A stretch of 64,000 nucleotides of DNA from Candidatus Marinacidobacterium sp. GTDB lineage: Bacteria > Acidobacteriota > Vicinamibacteria > Marinacidobacterales > Marinacidobacteraceae. Of this stretch, positions 55,306 to 64,000 are shown one piece after another. Below the pieces are notes generated by a model. It did no database searches. It worked only from the letters and a program-made list of their open reading frames with translations, and had not been told where the DNA came from. The position numbers and the translations under genes are program-made. The stretch covers positions 2,176,001-2,240,000 of the forward strand of contig OZ244852.1 in NCBI GenBank assembly GCA_965220965.1, in the 5' to 3' direction. The first letter of the stretch is position 1, and the number at the start of each line of letters is the position of its first letter.

Positions 55306-56580
55306 GTGCGGCGGGAACTCCCCTTGCGCTACCTCCCGCGGATCGTCGACTCCGAGCTGTCGGATCGCCTGCGGGGAGCGGGGGCGGTCATCATCGAGGG
55401 TCCGCGAGCGTGTGGCAAGACCTCGACAGCCCGCCAGCGGGCGGCCAGCGAGGCGCTGCTCGACACCGACGAGAACGCGCGAAGGATGGTTGATGCGGAC
55501 CCGGCCGCGGCTCTCGCGGGGGAGACGCCGCGCCTGTTCGACGAATGGCAGCTCGCTCCTTCGATCTGGAACCACGTGCGGCGGGCGGTGGATGACCGGG
55601 CGAGACCAGGCCAGTTCCTTCTGACCGGGTCGGCGCTGCCGGCTGACGACGTCACGCGTGACACGGGCGCCGGGCGCTTCTCGCGGCTGCGCATGCGTCC
55701 GCTCACCCTGATGGAGATGGGAGAGGCCAGCGGGGAGGTGTCCCTCGCGGGCCTGCTCGACGGAGACCGCTCGCTCGCGCGGCGCTCGGACCTCAGCGTC
55801 GCGGCCCTCGTGGAGCTCATCTGCTCCGGGGGGTGGCCCGGACATCTGGCGCTGCCGGCGAAGCAGCGGTTGCGAGCCAACCGCGACTATCTGGACGAGA
55901 TCCGGCGCGTGGACATCCGTCGAGCGGATGGCAGAGCGCGGGATCCGGTGAAGATCGGCAGGCTGCTGCGATCCCTGGCGTGGAACGTCGCCACCCCGGT
56001 CTCCCTGTCCCGGCTCGCCGTCGAGACCGGCGGACCGGACCGCGCCCTCAGTGCAGACACCGCCGCCGACTACCTGGAAGCGCTCGAACGGCTCATGGTG
56101 GTCGAGCACCAGGTCGCCTGGTCACCCCACCTGCGGTCGCGGACGACCCTGCGGACCACGCCGGTCCGCCACTTCGTGGACCCCTCGCTGGCTGTCGCCG
56201 CCCTCCGGGCGACTCCGGACCGCCTCATGGCCGATCTCCGCTACACGGGATTCCTCTTCGAGTCGCTGGTCGTCCGGGATCTGCGGGTCTACGCCCAGGC
56301 GGCCGACGCCGAGGTCTTCTGCTACCGCGAGAAGGAGGGCCTCGAGGTGGACGCCATCGTGGATGCCGGCGACGGTCGGTGGGCCGCTTTCGAGGTCAAG
56401 CTGGGCGAGCGCTGGGTGGACCAGGCCGCCGGGTCCCTCCTGCGACTCCGGGATCGCCTGCGAGGGAACCGGGACGGCTACGGGGAACCCTCGGCGCTCT
56501 GCGTCGTGGTCCCGGGCGGCGCCGGATACCGCAGGGAGGACGGCGTGCGCGTCGTCCCGATCGGAGCGCTCGGTCCGTAG
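55306..56580 (+). CDS. AAA_14 ATPase - DUF4143 protein
   Basis: EGPRACGKT, LFDEWQ, FLLTGS, GGWP, HFVDPSL, GFLFESLV.RDL, EVDAI..AAFEVKLG (PD-(D/E)xK-like C-terminus). Confidence 0.9.
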   Translation: MRRELPLRYLPRIVDSELSDRLRGAGAVIIEGPRACGKTSTARQRAASEALLDTDENARRMVDADPAAALAGETPRLFDEWQLAPSIWNHVRRAVDDRARPGQFLLTGSALPADDVTRDTGAGRFSRLRMRPLTLMEMGEASGEVSLAGLLDGDRSLARRSDLSVAALVELICSGGWPGHLALPAKQRLRANRDYLDEIRRVDIRRADGRARDPVKIGRLLRSLAWNVATPVSLSRLAVETGGPDRALSADTAADYLEALERLMVVEHQVAWSPHLRSRTTLRTTPVRHFVDPSLAVAALRATPDRLMADLRYTGFLFESLVVRDLRVYAQAADAEVFCYREKEGLEVDAIVDAGDGRWAAFEVKLGERWVDQAAGSLLRLRDRLRGNRDGYGEPSALCVVVPGGAGYRREDGVRVVPIGALGP

Positions 56581-56639
56581 AGCGACGACGCCCGTCTACC
56601 CGAATCCGCGGGTTCTCGCCGGCGTCTCCCGGGGCAAAC

Positions 56640-59627
56640 TCAGCTCTTCTTCCCGCCGTGGACCGAGGGCTCGGCGCACCACTTGGCGCGCAACAGGGTG
56701 ATCTGCTCCATGGCGGGCTCATCGAATCCCAAAGCTTCCGCGAAGACAAGGCGATCCAGCTCGATCCGGGCCGGATCCTGGTGGCTGCGATGGGCGGGAA
56801 GGAACTCGGCTTCGTTCATGTCGTCAAAGGCGCGCTCCAGCCCTCGAAGCTGCGCGGCCGTAAGACGGCGAAGGTCCAGCACCGGGAGGTCGGGTAGCCG
56901 GGAAGTCGTGAGGCGCGCTCTGCCCGACTGCTGCGTGGAACCGAGCCACCAGAACAGGAGCAGGCCGAGGGTCGAGTTGGCCCAGGCGATCATGGCTCGA
57001 TCCCAACGGGGATCGGTGAGCCTGACGGACGGCCACGCCGTACCTCCAATCGCCGGATCCGGCGTCAGACAAGCGGCGAGACTCTGTGAGTTGAGTCGAA
57101 AGTCACGGTTGAAGTGGAGGGGACTCGCCGTCTCCCAGACTCGTGAGGCGTCGGCCTGTCTCCCAGGTCGTACTTTTCCCATCGTATCTGGCAATACCGT
57201 GAGGCGACGTTCTCGCGCTGCGGCATGGCCCCACAAGATGGGAAACGTGGGAACTCCAACGATCGGGACGACGCGAAACGGACCACGGGGCTTCACGTTC
57301 GACTTCACGCGGCCGCCGATATCGCGATCCACTGGGCCGCGCTCCCCCAGCGTGCCGAGGGCAACCAGGGGGATCGGCCTGGTATCTCCAGTCCGCACAA
57401 GAGGGAGCGAACCACCCCGCAGACCCATGGCGGCCTCGACAAGCTGCAGATCAACAACACCGGCGCAGCCTCCGTCACGGAGACTGGCCCGGATCCCCGT
57501 TCCGATTCGGGTCGACCCCGTCAGAATCTCAAAGCGACGCCCGCTTCTCACTCCGTCCGTCAGCGCACCGCCACGAATCCCACGAGCGGCTTGGTGGGCG
57601 GCGGTGACCGTTCGCGGACGTGAATCGAGGCTGACCCAGGTTGCTTGGGCCGCCTCCAGTTCCTCCGGGCCCAGTCCGTATCGGCGGCGAGCAAGGAGTA
57701 GCACCTCCGCCATTCCGGTGTCCGCAGAGAAGGATTTCTCTTCGCTCCGGGCGCCGGCGAGCGAAACGATCACGATGTCTTCGTAGTGTCGGGCCAGGAG
57801 CCGGCGGGCGGAAAGCCACGAAGCTCCCAGCGTCAGGGCCGCCGGGAGAACTAGCGCGATGACCCCACCGGGCCGGACCTTCGCGTGCGCGAGGTCCAGA
57901 AAGTTAGACCCCAGGCCCGCGTTCCCATTGCTCGCGGGGAGCGCCTCTGCGGCGCCGGCTCCTCCCTTGCGACGCGCCGCGCTCCGGCGGCGAACGATCG
58001 CCCCGCGCAGCTCCTTGAGCGTCCGGGACATCTCCTGCTGCTCGGCCTTGGTCTTCCCGAATCCCGCGAAGGAGGGCACGGCTTCGTCGGAGATCTCGTG
58101 GTTCGTCGCGCGGGGGAAGGGAGGATTCATGATCACAAGATCGAGGGAGGCATCCTTCAGAGCGAACTCTTCGCTGACTACTTCCCCGCGGGAGACAGCC
58201 CTTGCGCTCTTTCCTCCCAAGCCCTTGATGTGGTCCGTCATTCCCGTCCCGAACAGCGGCAGGACCTTCGTCTTCTCCGACATCAAGCTGAGGCTACCGA
58301 GACCCACGTGAGATCCAGGCACCGGTCCATAGGGGAGGGCGAAAACCTGGGTATCTGCGTAAGGCGTCGTCGGGTGGACGCTCGACAGCATGGACGCCGT
58401 GAGGTGCGTCGCCGCCGGCATGATGTCCGCAGCGATCAGGCACTTCTCCATCATCGTGGGGTGCGCCTCGCGGTCGTCATGGCCGGCCCGCCGGTGTCGG
58501 CCGATGAGGGCGTGGTACGCCGCCGAGATCAGCGTTCCCGTGCCGCACGCGAGATCTCCAACCCGAACCGAGGTCATCCCGGTCTCGAGCCAGGGAACGC
58601 GGAGCATGCTGACCGCGAGCTCGGAAAGGAGGGCCGCCGACTCGGGCCGGGTGTAGTAGGTGGCCAGGAACTTGCGGTCCTGGATGAGCTGCTGGAACAT
58701 GCGGCCGGTGAGGTCGTGGGATGAGGTCGCCCCGAGCGCCGCCAGCTCATCGGCGGCCCTCGCGAGGATTTCCAGCACCGCGGCCGCCGCGGAGGACGGG
58801 ATCCCCACGAGAAGCTCTCTCGCGATGTGGAAGATCGGCCAGTAGTTGATCCTCAGGATCGCGTCCCACTCGCGCACCAGCGCATCGCGTCCCAACCGCC
58901 CACCGGGGGGGCGCAACTGCGCCAGCGTCCGGATCCCGTGAGCCCCGGCGACGACTGCATGAAAGGTGCAGGCGTTCGCCACGATGGCCATCGCCATCCT
59001 CTCGGTCTGCACACCGGGGTCCTGGAACAGCTTGGCCGCGATATCGCTGAGCACGGCAGGCTTGTCAGTCAGCTCCGCGGCCAGTCGGCTCGCGGCCTGA
59101 CGGACGGCGGTCTCCAGCACATCGGTACTCCGCGCCACGGCGGACTCCGAGACGGCGAGGACCTCGAGCAGCGCCGCAAGCTCATCGACGCCACCCTCGA
59201 GCCAGCCCTCGTCGGGGAACTGGGCGGGAGGGGCAACGGCATCGGTCGCGCCACTCGCGCCAGAGATGACCTTGAACCGGTACTTCGACGCCTCGACGTG
59301 CGCATCGAGCTCGGTTTCCGGCGCCTCCCGTAGAGCGACGGGCATACAGACGGCAACGGCCCGCTCGACGGCCTGACCGGTCTCCGCGGCGACGCGGCCC
59401 AGCCGGCTCCGGGCATCCTCGATGACCGTGTTCGCGGGCTCGTACTCGGTCTCCACGACGAGCGGGCCACCACCCTCGCCCAGGACGAAGATGTCCGGGC
59501 GTCCGGCGCCTTCGAGTGCGCCGAGGCTCTCAGCCGAGAGCCGGTCCGGTTCGCGCCAGATCGGGTTCTTCTTGCGAAGACAACGCGCCAGCGACGTGTT
59601 CAGGGTGTGCTCGTCGTTGCGGATCAA
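56640..59627 (-). CDS. Type IIG-like restriction-modification fusion (nuclease + N6-adenine MTase + TRD); start uncertain
   Basis: N-terminal RPDIFV..LVVETEY; ATYYT, VGDLACGTGTL (motif I), DLVIMNPPF (motif IV); C-terminal WANSTLGLL..LPVLD TRD-like region. Confidence 0.78.
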   Translation of the reverse strand: MIRNDEHTLNTSLARCLRKKNPIWREPDRLSAESLGALEGAGRPDIFVLGEGGGPLVVETEYEPANTVIEDARSRLGRVAAETGQAVERAVAVCMPVALREAPETELDAHVEASKYRFKVISGASGATDAVAPPAQFPDEGWLEGGVDELAALLEVLAVSESAVARSTDVLETAVRQAASRLAAELTDKPAVLSDIAAKLFQDPGVQTERMAMAIVANACTFHAVVAGAHGIRTLAQLRPPGGRLGRDALVREWDAILRINYWPIFHIARELLVGIPSSAAAAVLEILARAADELAALGATSSHDLTGRMFQQLIQDRKFLATYYTRPESAALLSELAVSMLRVPWLETGMTSVRVGDLACGTGTLISAAYHALIGRHRRAGHDDREAHPTMMEKCLIAADIMPAATHLTASMLSSVHPTTPYADTQVFALPYGPVPGSHVGLGSLSLMSEKTKVLPLFGTGMTDHIKGLGGKSARAVSRGEVVSEEFALKDASLDLVIMNPPFPRATNHEISDEAVPSFAGFGKTKAEQQEMSRTLKELRGAIVRRRSAARRKGGAGAAEALPASNGNAGLGSNFLDLAHAKVRPGGVIALVLPAALTLGASWLSARRLLARHYEDIVIVSLAGARSEEKSFSADTGMAEVLLLARRRYGLGPEELEAAQATWVSLDSRPRTVTAAHQAARGIRGGALTDGVRSGRRFEILTGSTRIGTGIRASLRDGGCAGVVDLQLVEAAMGLRGGSLPLVRTGDTRPIPLVALGTLGERGPVDRDIGGRVKSNVKPRGPFRVVPIVGVPTFPILWGHAAARERRLTVLPDTMGKVRPGRQADASRVWETASPLHFNRDFRLNSQSLAACLTPDPAIGGTAWPSVRLTDPRWDRAMIAWANSTLGLLLFWWLGSTQQSGRARLTTSRLPDLPVLDLRRLTAAQLRGLERAFDDMNEAEFLPAHRSHQDPARIELDRLVFAEALGFDEPAMEQITLLRAKWCAEPSVHGGKKS

Positions 59628-59742
59628 GGTGAAGCGGCGTTCGCGCCCGTAGCCGGAGAGTCGGAGTCTCTCCGATCCGCGAGGCGGCGACAGGCCCCGG
59701 GGCCGCTGCATGGATCGGGGCTGCGCGGCGCGGCCAACTATG

Positions 59743-60258
59743 TCACGGCAGGAGGCGCGGTTTTCCTTCCGCCCAGTCCGTACGAAAGTCGAGCCGCCGA
59801 ACCAGATCGAAGACATCGATGGCCTCGACTCCGAATTGCCTGCAGACGTCCGGAAGGCGTCGGTTGGACCTTGTCTTGCTCGGCCCTTCCTTCTCGTTCG
59901 TCACGACCGTAATCCCTTCGGGGCTCTCCATTCCGTACGCCACGAGGAACGGGTCGCCGCCGATCTTCTCGAGTTCCACCCGGTCCGGACGCGGCCCATA
60001 GCCCTCTTCCAGGACTCTTCGCACCAGTTCCGTGTTCACCTCTCCCTTGTAGACGAGTTCCTTCCGGTGAGCGCGCGCCCAGGCAACCAGATCGTCTTTG
60101 CTTCCCCTGACAACCTCGCGCCACATCTCGTCGGGGATCTTCACGACCTCGTTCTGCGCGCGCCAGAGAAGCCATCCCCAGAACTCGGGAACCCGATCGA
60201 GCGGGTAGTAGTCCCTGGCGGCGTCGATCAGGACATTCGCGTCCAGGAGGTAGAGCAC
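59743..60258 (-). CDS. DUF4411 family PIN-like protein
   Basis: YLLDANVLIDA..YYP.DRVPEFWGWL, DPFLVAY, VVTNE, RLPDVC. Confidence 0.88.
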   Translation of the reverse strand: MLYLLDANVLIDAARDYYPLDRVPEFWGWLLWRAQNEVVKIPDEMWREVVRGSKDDLVAWARAHRKELVYKGEVNTELVRRVLEEGYGPRPDRVELEKIGGDPFLVAYGMESPEGITVVTNEKEGPSKTRSNRRLPDVCRQFGVEAIDVFDLVRRLDFRTDWAEGKPRLLP

Positions 60259-60268
60259 GGCGCAGTGC

Positions 60269-61423
60269 TCAGATGCCGAGAATCGGACCGACCTGGCGAG
60301 GGCTAACGCCGAGAATGACGGCGGCTTTCGTTGTCGTCAGGTTGCGCGCCCGCAGGGAACGCCGGACGAGATCCCGGAGTGGCTGCCCCAGAGCATGCTG
60401 CTTGACCTTCACAGGGGGAGCGAAACCGGCTTGAGGTCGGGGGCTGGCGCGTTCGCGCCGCTCCTCCCACCGCTGCCGCAGGACCTCCGTCACCCGGCGG
60501 AAAGCATCCGCGCCGAGGCGATCCGACCGCCACAGCCGGTAGGCGAGGTGGGCGCTGCTGATGCCGAGATCCCTGGCCTGCTCGTCCAGCCAGTCGACGA
60601 GTTCTTCGCCCGACAGACCGCGCCAGTCCAGAGCGGGGAGGGCATCTGGAGCGAGCAGGAATCTGGAGGCCGCGTCGTTGCACAGACGCTCGACATCGTT
60701 GTCGAAGCAGTCGTTCCCCACTCCGCTCTGCCCCAGCAGCAGGTGGACCAGTTCGTGAACCAGCGTGAACGAACGAGCCGCCTTGGCGTCGTTGTCGTTG
60801 ATGACGACGAACGGAGCGATCCCGTCGGCCAGCGAGAGCCCGCGAAACACGCTGGTGTCCAGGTCGGTGTGGTAGCTCCCGAGGTCTCCCCGGAGCAGGA
60901 CGAAGACGCCGCTGGCTTCCGCCTTCTGGCGCAACGTCGCAAAGGAAGGCGCCCTGTCCCGGTCGCGCGGTGACCCAAGGAGCTCCACAAGGGCCTGGTG
61001 GATGGCCTCCAGACCGGCCGAGGGGTGAAGAGCACCCACGAAATCGAGTGGCGTGGCCCCTTCGTCCTGAAGGAGGTCCCGGACGAGGGCCTGAGCGGCC
61101 TGGACATCGCGGATCAGCGCATCGAGGTGCGGCCTGTTCACGGCGTTCGCGCCTTGCGGCAGAGTGCGAAAATCCGGCAACGCGTCGCCGCCGGGCGGCG
61201 GACGCTCCAGATAGAAGGCGATGAGCGGCTGCCGGTAGCGCTCCGACATCCTGAACAACTGGCTCTGCGTCGGAGGCTTGGCGCCCGACTCGAGCGCCGC
61301 GAGCCGCTCCGCGGCGCTCTTCCCGGAAGCGGGACGGAACCCCAGCTTCCTGGCCGCTTCCTCCCCCGAGAGCCCGGCGCTCCTGCGGGCCCAGACGAGG
61401 AGTTCGGGATTCACTTCCGGCAT
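60269..61423 (-). CDS. XRE-family HTH fused to ImmA/IrrE metallopeptidase
   Basis: VNPELLVWARRSAGLS.EEAA, LESG.KPPT..QL, DFRTL, FRGLSL, FTLVHELVH (HExxH), VERLCN. Confidence 0.9.
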   Translation of the reverse strand: MPEVNPELLVWARRSAGLSGEEAARKLGFRPASGKSAAERLAALESGAKPPTQSQLFRMSERYRQPLIAFYLERPPPGGDALPDFRTLPQGANAVNRPHLDALIRDVQAAQALVRDLLQDEGATPLDFVGALHPSAGLEAIHQALVELLGSPRDRDRAPSFATLRQKAEASGVFVLLRGDLGSYHTDLDTSVFRGLSLADGIAPFVVINDNDAKAARSFTLVHELVHLLLGQSGVGNDCFDNDVERLCNDAASRFLLAPDALPALDWRGLSGEELVDWLDEQARDLGISSAHLAYRLWRSDRLGADAFRRVTEVLRQRWEERRERASPRPQAGFAPPVKVKQHALGQPLRDLVRRSLRARNLTTTKAAVILGVSPRQVGPILGI

Positions 61424-61515
61424 GGCGGTAGGGCGGACGGGCTCGCGGATGCGCTCACGTTCTCATCCTGACGGGCGCGTCACAGGTTCCGATGCTATCC
61501 ATGCTTGGGGATCTG

Positions 61516-61770
61516 ATGCACACAACCCGTCTGCGTAGAGTCGGTGGCGCGGTGATGCTCGCCGTACCGCCGGCGCTCCTTGATCGCCTTGGGCTCCGCG
61601 CCGGCGACCGGGTGACGATCGGAGCCGAAGACGGCCGGCTGGTCGTGGCGCCGCGCGGCCGGCCTCGCTACCCGCTCGACGAACTCCTGGCGCAGCGCCG
61701 GGAGTCCGGTCCGGACGACGAAGACCGGGCGTGGCTCGAGGGAGGACCGGTCGGGCGAGAACTGCTGTAG
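61516..61770 (+). CDS. AbrB/MazE (PemI-like) antitoxin
   Basis: MHTTRLRRVGGAVMLAVPPALLD.L.L..G, RPRY.LDELLAQ, EDRAWL..PVGRELL. Confidence 0.88.
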   Translation: MHTTRLRRVGGAVMLAVPPALLDRLGLRAGDRVTIGAEDGRLVVAPRGRPRYPLDELLAQRRESGPDDEDRAWLEGGPVGRELL

Positions 61771-61799
61771 CCGTCCTCGCCCTCGGTCGGCCCCTCCGA

Positions 61800-63104
61800 T
61801 CAGACGTCCCGGAGCTGGTTCTCGGAGGCGGCCACCACCGAGGCGACGGTGAGGTCGCCGGTCACGTTCGTCGCGGTGCGGATCATGTCGAGGATGCGGT
61901 CCACCCCCAGGATGAGCGCGACACCGGCGGCGGGGACACCGATCGCCTGCAGGATGATCACCAGCATGATGATCCCGGCGCCCGGCACCGCGGCGGTGCC
62001 GATGGAGACCAGGACCGCGGTGATCACGATCGTGAGCTGACCCTCGAGACCGACTCCGAGGCCCAGCGACTGGGCGATGAAGACGGCGGCCACCGCCTGG
62101 TAGAGCGCGGTGCCGTCCATGTTGACGGTGGCGCCTAGGGGGAGCACGAACGAGGAGACCTCCTCGGACACTCCGAGATCGCGCTGGGCGCGGTCCATCG
62201 TGACCGGCAGGGTGGCCCCGCTGGAGCTCGTGGAGAACGCGACGAGCTGCACCTGCGCCGCCGCCGGGAAGAACCGGCGCCAGGGCAGCGGCGTGAAGAA
62301 CCGCAGGATCAGCGGATACACGATCAGCATCTGGGTCGCCAGCCCGCCCACGACGATCAGGCAGTAGTACCCGAGCGCTGCGAGGAGCTGGGTGACCTGG
62401 CCCGGGTCGTCGCCCGCCATCCCGGTTATGGCGGTGGCGATCAGGGCGAAGACACCGATCGGCGCCATGAGCATCACGATGTGGACGATCTCGATGACGA
62501 CCGCTTCGAGCCCCTTGAAGAACCCGAGAAGGGGTCCGGCTCGATCCGCCGGGATCCGCAACAGCGCGATCCCGAAGAGCAGCGACAGGAACACGATCTG
62601 GAGCATGTTCCGGTTGCTCGAGGCGGAGGAGACCGCGTTCGGCGGCACGATGTCCTCGAGCATGCTCAAGGGGCCGCGCTCCTCCATCATGGCGGCCGCC
62701 TGACCCTCCCGGCTGGCGGCGGCCTCCTCGTACTGGAGCGAGAGCTCCTCCTGGAGCGCGGGGGGAACCTGGTCACCCGGCCGGAAGATGTTCACGTAGG
62801 CAAGGCCGATCGTCACCGACACCGCCGTCGTCGCGATGTAGATCGCGATCGTCTTGCCGCCGATCCGGCTCACCTTGCGAATGTCGCTCAGCGAAGCGAC
62901 GCCGAGCACGAGCGAAGCGAGCACCAGCGGCACCGCGATGACCTGGAGCCCGTTGAAGAACACCGTGCCGAAGGGGCTGATGTAGTCGCTTGTGAACTGG
63001 CCCCAGCCGAAGGCGGCGGCGGCGACGCCGTAGACGATGCCGAGCGCCAGACCGAGAACGATCCGGAACCAGAGAGTTCGATACCAGGGAGTCGCTTGCT
63101 TCAT
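61800..63104 (-). CDS. Dicarboxylate/amino acid:cation symporter (DAACS, GltP-like)
   Basis: AFSTSSSGATLP, LPLGATVNMDGTA, GVDRILDMIRTATNVTGD. Confidence 0.95.
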   Translation of the reverse strand: MKQATPWYRTLWFRIVLGLALGIVYGVAAAAFGWGQFTSDYISPFGTVFFNGLQVIAVPLVLASLVLGVASLSDIRKVSRIGGKTIAIYIATTAVSVTIGLAYVNIFRPGDQVPPALQEELSLQYEEAAASREGQAAAMMEERGPLSMLEDIVPPNAVSSASSNRNMLQIVFLSLLFGIALLRIPADRAGPLLGFFKGLEAVVIEIVHIVMLMAPIGVFALIATAITGMAGDDPGQVTQLLAALGYYCLIVVGGLATQMLIVYPLILRFFTPLPWRRFFPAAAQVQLVAFSTSSSGATLPVTMDRAQRDLGVSEEVSSFVLPLGATVNMDGTALYQAVAAVFIAQSLGLGVGLEGQLTIVITAVLVSIGTAAVPGAGIIMLVIILQAIGVPAAGVALILGVDRILDMIRTATNVTGDLTVASVVAASENQLRDV

Positions 63105-63159
63105 GACGGGAAAGGCACCTCGCGGCCGCGTCTGGTTGCTGGGGAGGGCGTGACGGCGG

Positions 63160-63999
63160 CTATTCGCCTGGTCGGTTGCCCCGGAGCAGGAACCGGCCCA
63201 GTCGCCCGAGCCGGGTCAGTCGGATGGGAGGCCGGTCGCCCGGCTCGCGCCCATAGGCGCCGACCTGGATCACGGCCTCCCCCGAGAGGATCAGAAGGAG
63301 GTCCTCGCCGAGCAGCTTCCGCCGGAATCCCCGGAGCGGACGCACATCCGCGGCCTCCTTCGGCCAGGCGGCGGCGATCGTCCGGAGCTCCTCCTGGGTG
63401 GCGAGAAGCTCGGCCGCGACGCCGTGCTCGGCGGCGCGGAGGCGAAGCCAGGTCTCGAGCAGCAGAGCGAGCGACTCGGGCGCCGGCCGGCGGGCGACGG
63501 GGCCGGTGCCCGAGAACTGCACCTTGCGCTTCGCTCCCGCGGCGATGACCTGGAGGATCGCGTCCGCGTTCTTGGCGAGCACGGCGCGCGTCTGCTGGGT
63601 TGCGCGGGGGTCTCCCTTGGGCGGGCGGCCCGAGGGCGAGGGCTCGTAGGGCGCGAGCAGATCGCTCCGGTTCTTCGGCTGCCGCCGGGCCAGGTCCTTG
63701 ATCGCCCCGTCCTTGAGCACCCAGCCCCGGGGCCGGTTCGCGCTGCGCGCCCGGCGCTCCCGCCACGCGCTCAGCTCGGCGAGCGTCCCGCGCTGCGACG
63801 GATTGAAACTGGAGGCGTCGAGGGATCGGTAGGAGTCCTCCACCGGCGCGAGCCCGTAGCTCGCCGCATCGGTAAGCGACGCCATCTCCTCGTCCAGCCA
63901 TTCCAGCCGACCGAGGGCCCGGGCGCGCTCCCGCAACTTGTTCCGCAGCGGCAGCAGGTAGCGGACGTCCGCGATCGCATAGTCCACCTGACGCGGGGT
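63160..63999 (-). CDS. rnd: Ribonuclease D with HRDC domains (5' part beyond the window)
   Basis: TPRQVDYAIADVRYL, L.AWRERRA..NRPRGWVLKD, PL.GFRRKLLG; frame open to the window end. Confidence 0.85.
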   Translation of the reverse strand, partial: TPRQVDYAIADVRYLLPLRNKLRERARALGRLEWLDEEMASLTDAASYGLAPVEDSYRSLDASSFNPSQRGTLAELSAWRERRARSANRPRGWVLKDGAIKDLARRQPKNRSDLLAPYEPSPSGRPPKGDPRATQQTRAVLAKNADAILQVIAAGAKRKVQFSGTGPVARRPAPESLALLLETWLRLRAAEHGVAAELLATQEELRTIAAAWPKEAADVRPLRGFRRKLLGEDLLLILSGEAVIQVGAYGREPGDRPPIRLTRLGRLGRFLLRGNRPGE

Positions 64000-64000
64000 G

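Noticed and set aside
53973-61800. Accessory block as a bona fide mobile element or integron
   Set aside because: I could see no integrase, transposase, tRNA target, terminal repeats or recurring attC-like sites.

Overview
A GC-rich bacterial chromosomal segment with about 56 protein-coding genes. Acidobacteriota is likely, inferred from a GWxTD protein, four DUF5916 paralogs and the ccm operon layout. Housekeeping content: secA, guaB, rnd (partial), a YifB/ComM ATPase, cytochrome c maturation genes (ccmC-D; ccmE-F-H-I-X-A-B with a 1-nt frameshift in ccmB; ccdA-cytochrome c-TlpA), a circularly permuted ATP-grasp/alpha-E/transglutaminase operon running into an RsbW/STAS pair, transporters and oxidoreductases. 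An accessory, defence-like block at about 54.1-61.8 kb holds three toxin-less antitoxins, an AAA_14-DUF4143 ATPase preceded by 4x23-bp tandem repeats, a type IIG-like restriction-modification fusion and an XRE-ImmA/DUF4411 pair. The best unexplained non-coding signals are a candidate ~110-nt sRNA with two C-rich-loop hairpins (about 1048-1159, minus strand, with its own extended -10) and the 23-bp iteron-like array at 55183-55274. I recognised no rRNA, tRNA, CRISPR array, integrase or transposase. All family assignments come from reading motifs by eye; no database search was run.
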